A stretch of 64,000 nt of DNA from the human T2T-CHM13v2.0 reference genome, Homo sapiens. The position numbers and the translations under genes are program-made. Position 1 is the first letter of the stretch. The number at the start of each line of letters is the position of its first letter. The stretch lies in NCBI RefSeq assembly GCF_009914755.1, contig NC_060927.1. One strand, given 5' to 3'. The notes beneath the pieces are model-generated. The model saw nothing but the letters and a program-made list of their open reading frames with translations, was not told the origin of the DNA and made no database searches. Of the stretch, positions 63,901-64,000 are shown piece after piece.

Positions 63901-64000
63901 AGTGATAGTGTGGGCATAAGCTAGGACTTTGTGGCTTGACTTTTGCCTGCAAGAAGTTTTAAAAGTCCACCTAAAGTTGATGTCTACAGAGGCAACAGGA

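Overview
Human genomic DNA (it carries an AluYb8-type element and two SVAs) with no intact protein-coding gene. Most of the window is interspersed repeat: nested L1s, about 15 Alus, MaLR/ERVL/ERV1 LTRs, MIR/L2 and MER DNA transposons. It also holds a processed NFU1 pseudogene and an L1-mobilised HERV-W processed pseudogene. The main unexplained structure is an old ~1 kb inverted duplication of non-repeat sequence (25798-26820 and 45670-47785). Its arms are visibly diverged except for a perfectly identical, motif-rich 120-bp core (25992-26111 = reverse complement of 47515-47634), and the second arm is split by an SVA. Other notable items are a near-full-length L1PA retrotransposed from a spliced 5'UTR RNA (SpIRE), a head-to-head SVA pair and a tight AP-1/ARE motif cluster. 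Repeat subfamily calls come from recalled consensus sequences and should be confirmed with RepeatMasker/Dfam.
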